Below the pieces are notes generated by a model that worked only from the letters and a program-made list of their open reading frames with translations, searched no databases and was not told where the DNA came from. The translations under genes were made by a program, and so were the position numbers. DNA of 32,000 bases from Gemmata obscuriglobus (GTDB lineage: Bacteria > Planctomycetota > Planctomycetia > Gemmatales > Gemmataceae), in contig NZ_CP042911.1 in assembly GCF_008065095.1 (NCBI RefSeq), forward strand, positions 4,080,001 through 4,112,000. Reading direction: 5' to 3'. Below, in pieces: positions 30,919 to 32,000 of the stretch (its first letter is position 1; every line of letters starts with the position of its first letter).

Positions 30919-32000
30919 ATGCGCGCCTGTTTGCTCCTCCTGATCGCCTCCCTATCGCTGGGGTGCCACCGGTCTGCGCCGCCGCCGGGGGCCGCGAATC
31001 AGCCGGCCTCCCCGCCCCTCGTGAAGGTCACGCGCCCCGCCACCCGAGCAGTGAAGTGGGCCATCGAACAGCCCGCCACCGTCCAGCCGCTCGAAGTCGC
31101 GCCGATCGTCGCAAAGCTCCCCGGGTACGTCAAAACCATTGCCCCGGACACAGCGGCCCTCAAAGCCGGCACGACGCTCCCGGGCGGTCAGGCGCCCGTC
31201 ATCGACATCGGAAGTGTGGTGGAGGCGGATCAACTGCTCGCCACCGTGCATATTCCCGAACTCGCGGCCGACGTTGCTGAGAAGCGGGCGACCGTCGCGA
31301 AGGTCAGGGCCGAGTTCGTGCTCTCCGAGCGCGAGCGCGACGTGACCGACGCCCAGGTCACCGCGGGCGAGGAAATGGTGAAGGAGGCCGCGGCCGGGAT
31401 CGCCCGCAGTGATGCCGATGTCGCCCGGTGGAAAGCCGAACTCGATCAAGTGAACGCTCAAATAACGGGCGGCGTGGCGGACACGCAAACGCGGAACGTC
31501 GTCACCAAGAACTTTGAAACCGCAAAAGCGGCCAAGGTCGAGGCGGTCGCGAAGGTCGCGACCGCGGTTGCTGGCGTAAACGAACGAAAGGCCCGTCGCG
31601 CCCGCGCCCAAGCAGATGTGGAAGCTTCCGAGGCACGTGTAAAGGTGGCTGAGGCCGAGCTGGAACGCGCTCGGGTACTCGAATCGTACACGCAGGTGAA
31701 AGCGCCGTTCTCGGGCGTCGTGACGGCGCGAAACGTTCACCCGGGGCACTTCCTCCAGCCCGCGAGTGCCGGCACCGGCACGGTGCTGTTTACGGTGATG
31801 CGGTCGGACGTCGTGCGCGTGTTCGCCGACATCCCTGAAGTGAACGCCGAAAAGGCCGTGGTCGGAACGGCCGCTGCCGTGCGGGTGCCCTCGCTGGGCG
31901 GGCGCGAGTACGCGGGCAGCGTGACCCGCACGACCGGCGCGATCGACCCCGGGACGCGCACCCTGCGCGTGGAAATCGACATCGAGAACAAGGACCGCTC
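30919..32000 (+). CDS. efflux RND transporter periplasmic adaptor (MFP/HlyD-like) lipoprotein, 3' end beyond window
   Basis: This ORF is not in the supplied track because it has no stop in the window. My translation from ATG 30919 is MRACLLLLIASLSLGC (lipobox), then ...IEQPATVQPLEVAPIVAKLPGYV..., a long coiled-coil (AEKRATVAKVRAEF...ARVKVAEAELERAR), then YTQVKAPFSGVVTARNVHPGHF...VRVFADIPE...RVEIDIEN. The frame stays open to position 32000. Confidence 0.85.
   Translation, partial: MRACLLLLIASLSLGCHRSAPPPGAANQPASPPLVKVTRPATRAVKWAIEQPATVQPLEVAPIVAKLPGYVKTIAPDTAALKAGTTLPGGQAPVIDIGSVVEADQLLATVHIPELAADVAEKRATVAKVRAEFVLSERERDVTDAQVTAGEEMVKEAAAGIARSDADVARWKAELDQVNAQITGGVADTQTRNVVTKNFETAKAAKVEAVAKVATAVAGVNERKARRARAQADVEASEARVKVAEAELERARVLESYTQVKAPFSGVVTARNVHPGHFLQPASAGTGTVLFTVMRSDVVRVFADIPEVNAEKAVVGTAAAVRVPSLGGREYAGSVTRTTGAIDPGTRTLRVEIDIENKDR

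Noticed and set aside
1-32000. CRISPR arrays, rRNA genes, integrase/att sites, and known defence-system gene sets (RT, Cas, restriction-modification, toxin-antitoxin pairs).
   Set aside because: There are no regularly spaced short repeats and no rRNA-like conserved blocks. Apart from the single IS transposase, no ORF carries recombinase, RT or nuclease signatures that I could recognise.

Overview
High-GC (about two-thirds G+C by eye) bacterial chromosomal segment. The gene content looks Planctomycetota/Gemmata-like (taxonomy is inference): several Ser/Thr kinases, an HDOD fusion, DUF1264, a MoxR-DUF58 pair and a four-helix-bundle insert. I could not find any rRNA, tRNA or CRISPR array.

Supported genes, left to right:
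- glyA (5'-truncated by the window)
- a small membrane protein translationally coupled to a THUMP/SAM RNA methyltransferase
- a minus-strand chain with 4-nt start/stop overlaps: M19 dipeptidase, then an FAD-oxidoreductase::CutC fusion, then a Ser/Thr kinase
- a membrane protein
- a lipoprotein that is an RND-pump periplasmic headpiece with no transmembrane helices
- a 1733-bp IS with perfect 19-bp terminal inverted repeats (TIRs) and a perfect 9-bp target-site duplication (TSD); its transposase is split at a T5C6 run
- a stand-alone macro-domain gene
- a short uvrC
- a roughly 1.5-kb low-GC island containing a small Zn-ribbon gene, a 20-bp palindrome and an unexplained 404-codon ORF
- a VOC-family gene
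- a secreted CPPC protein
- an HDOD::Ser/Thr kinase
- a possible 33-aa lipoprotein next to two very long hairpins
- a YciI-like gene
- an esterase::SMP-30 fusion
- DUF1264, with a hairpin that occludes its Shine-Dalgarno (SD) sequence
- an M2-like metallopeptidase
- a UbiA prenyltransferase
- DUF58 and MoxR, separated by a low-GC four-helix-bundle (23S-IVS protein family) cassette bracketed by complementary AT-rich arms
- the 5' part of an RND adaptor (MFP) lipoprotein

The strongest candidates for something new are the TM-less RND headpiece lipoprotein and the IVS-like cassette inside the moxR operon. All family assignments come from motif recognition by eye; no database search was run.
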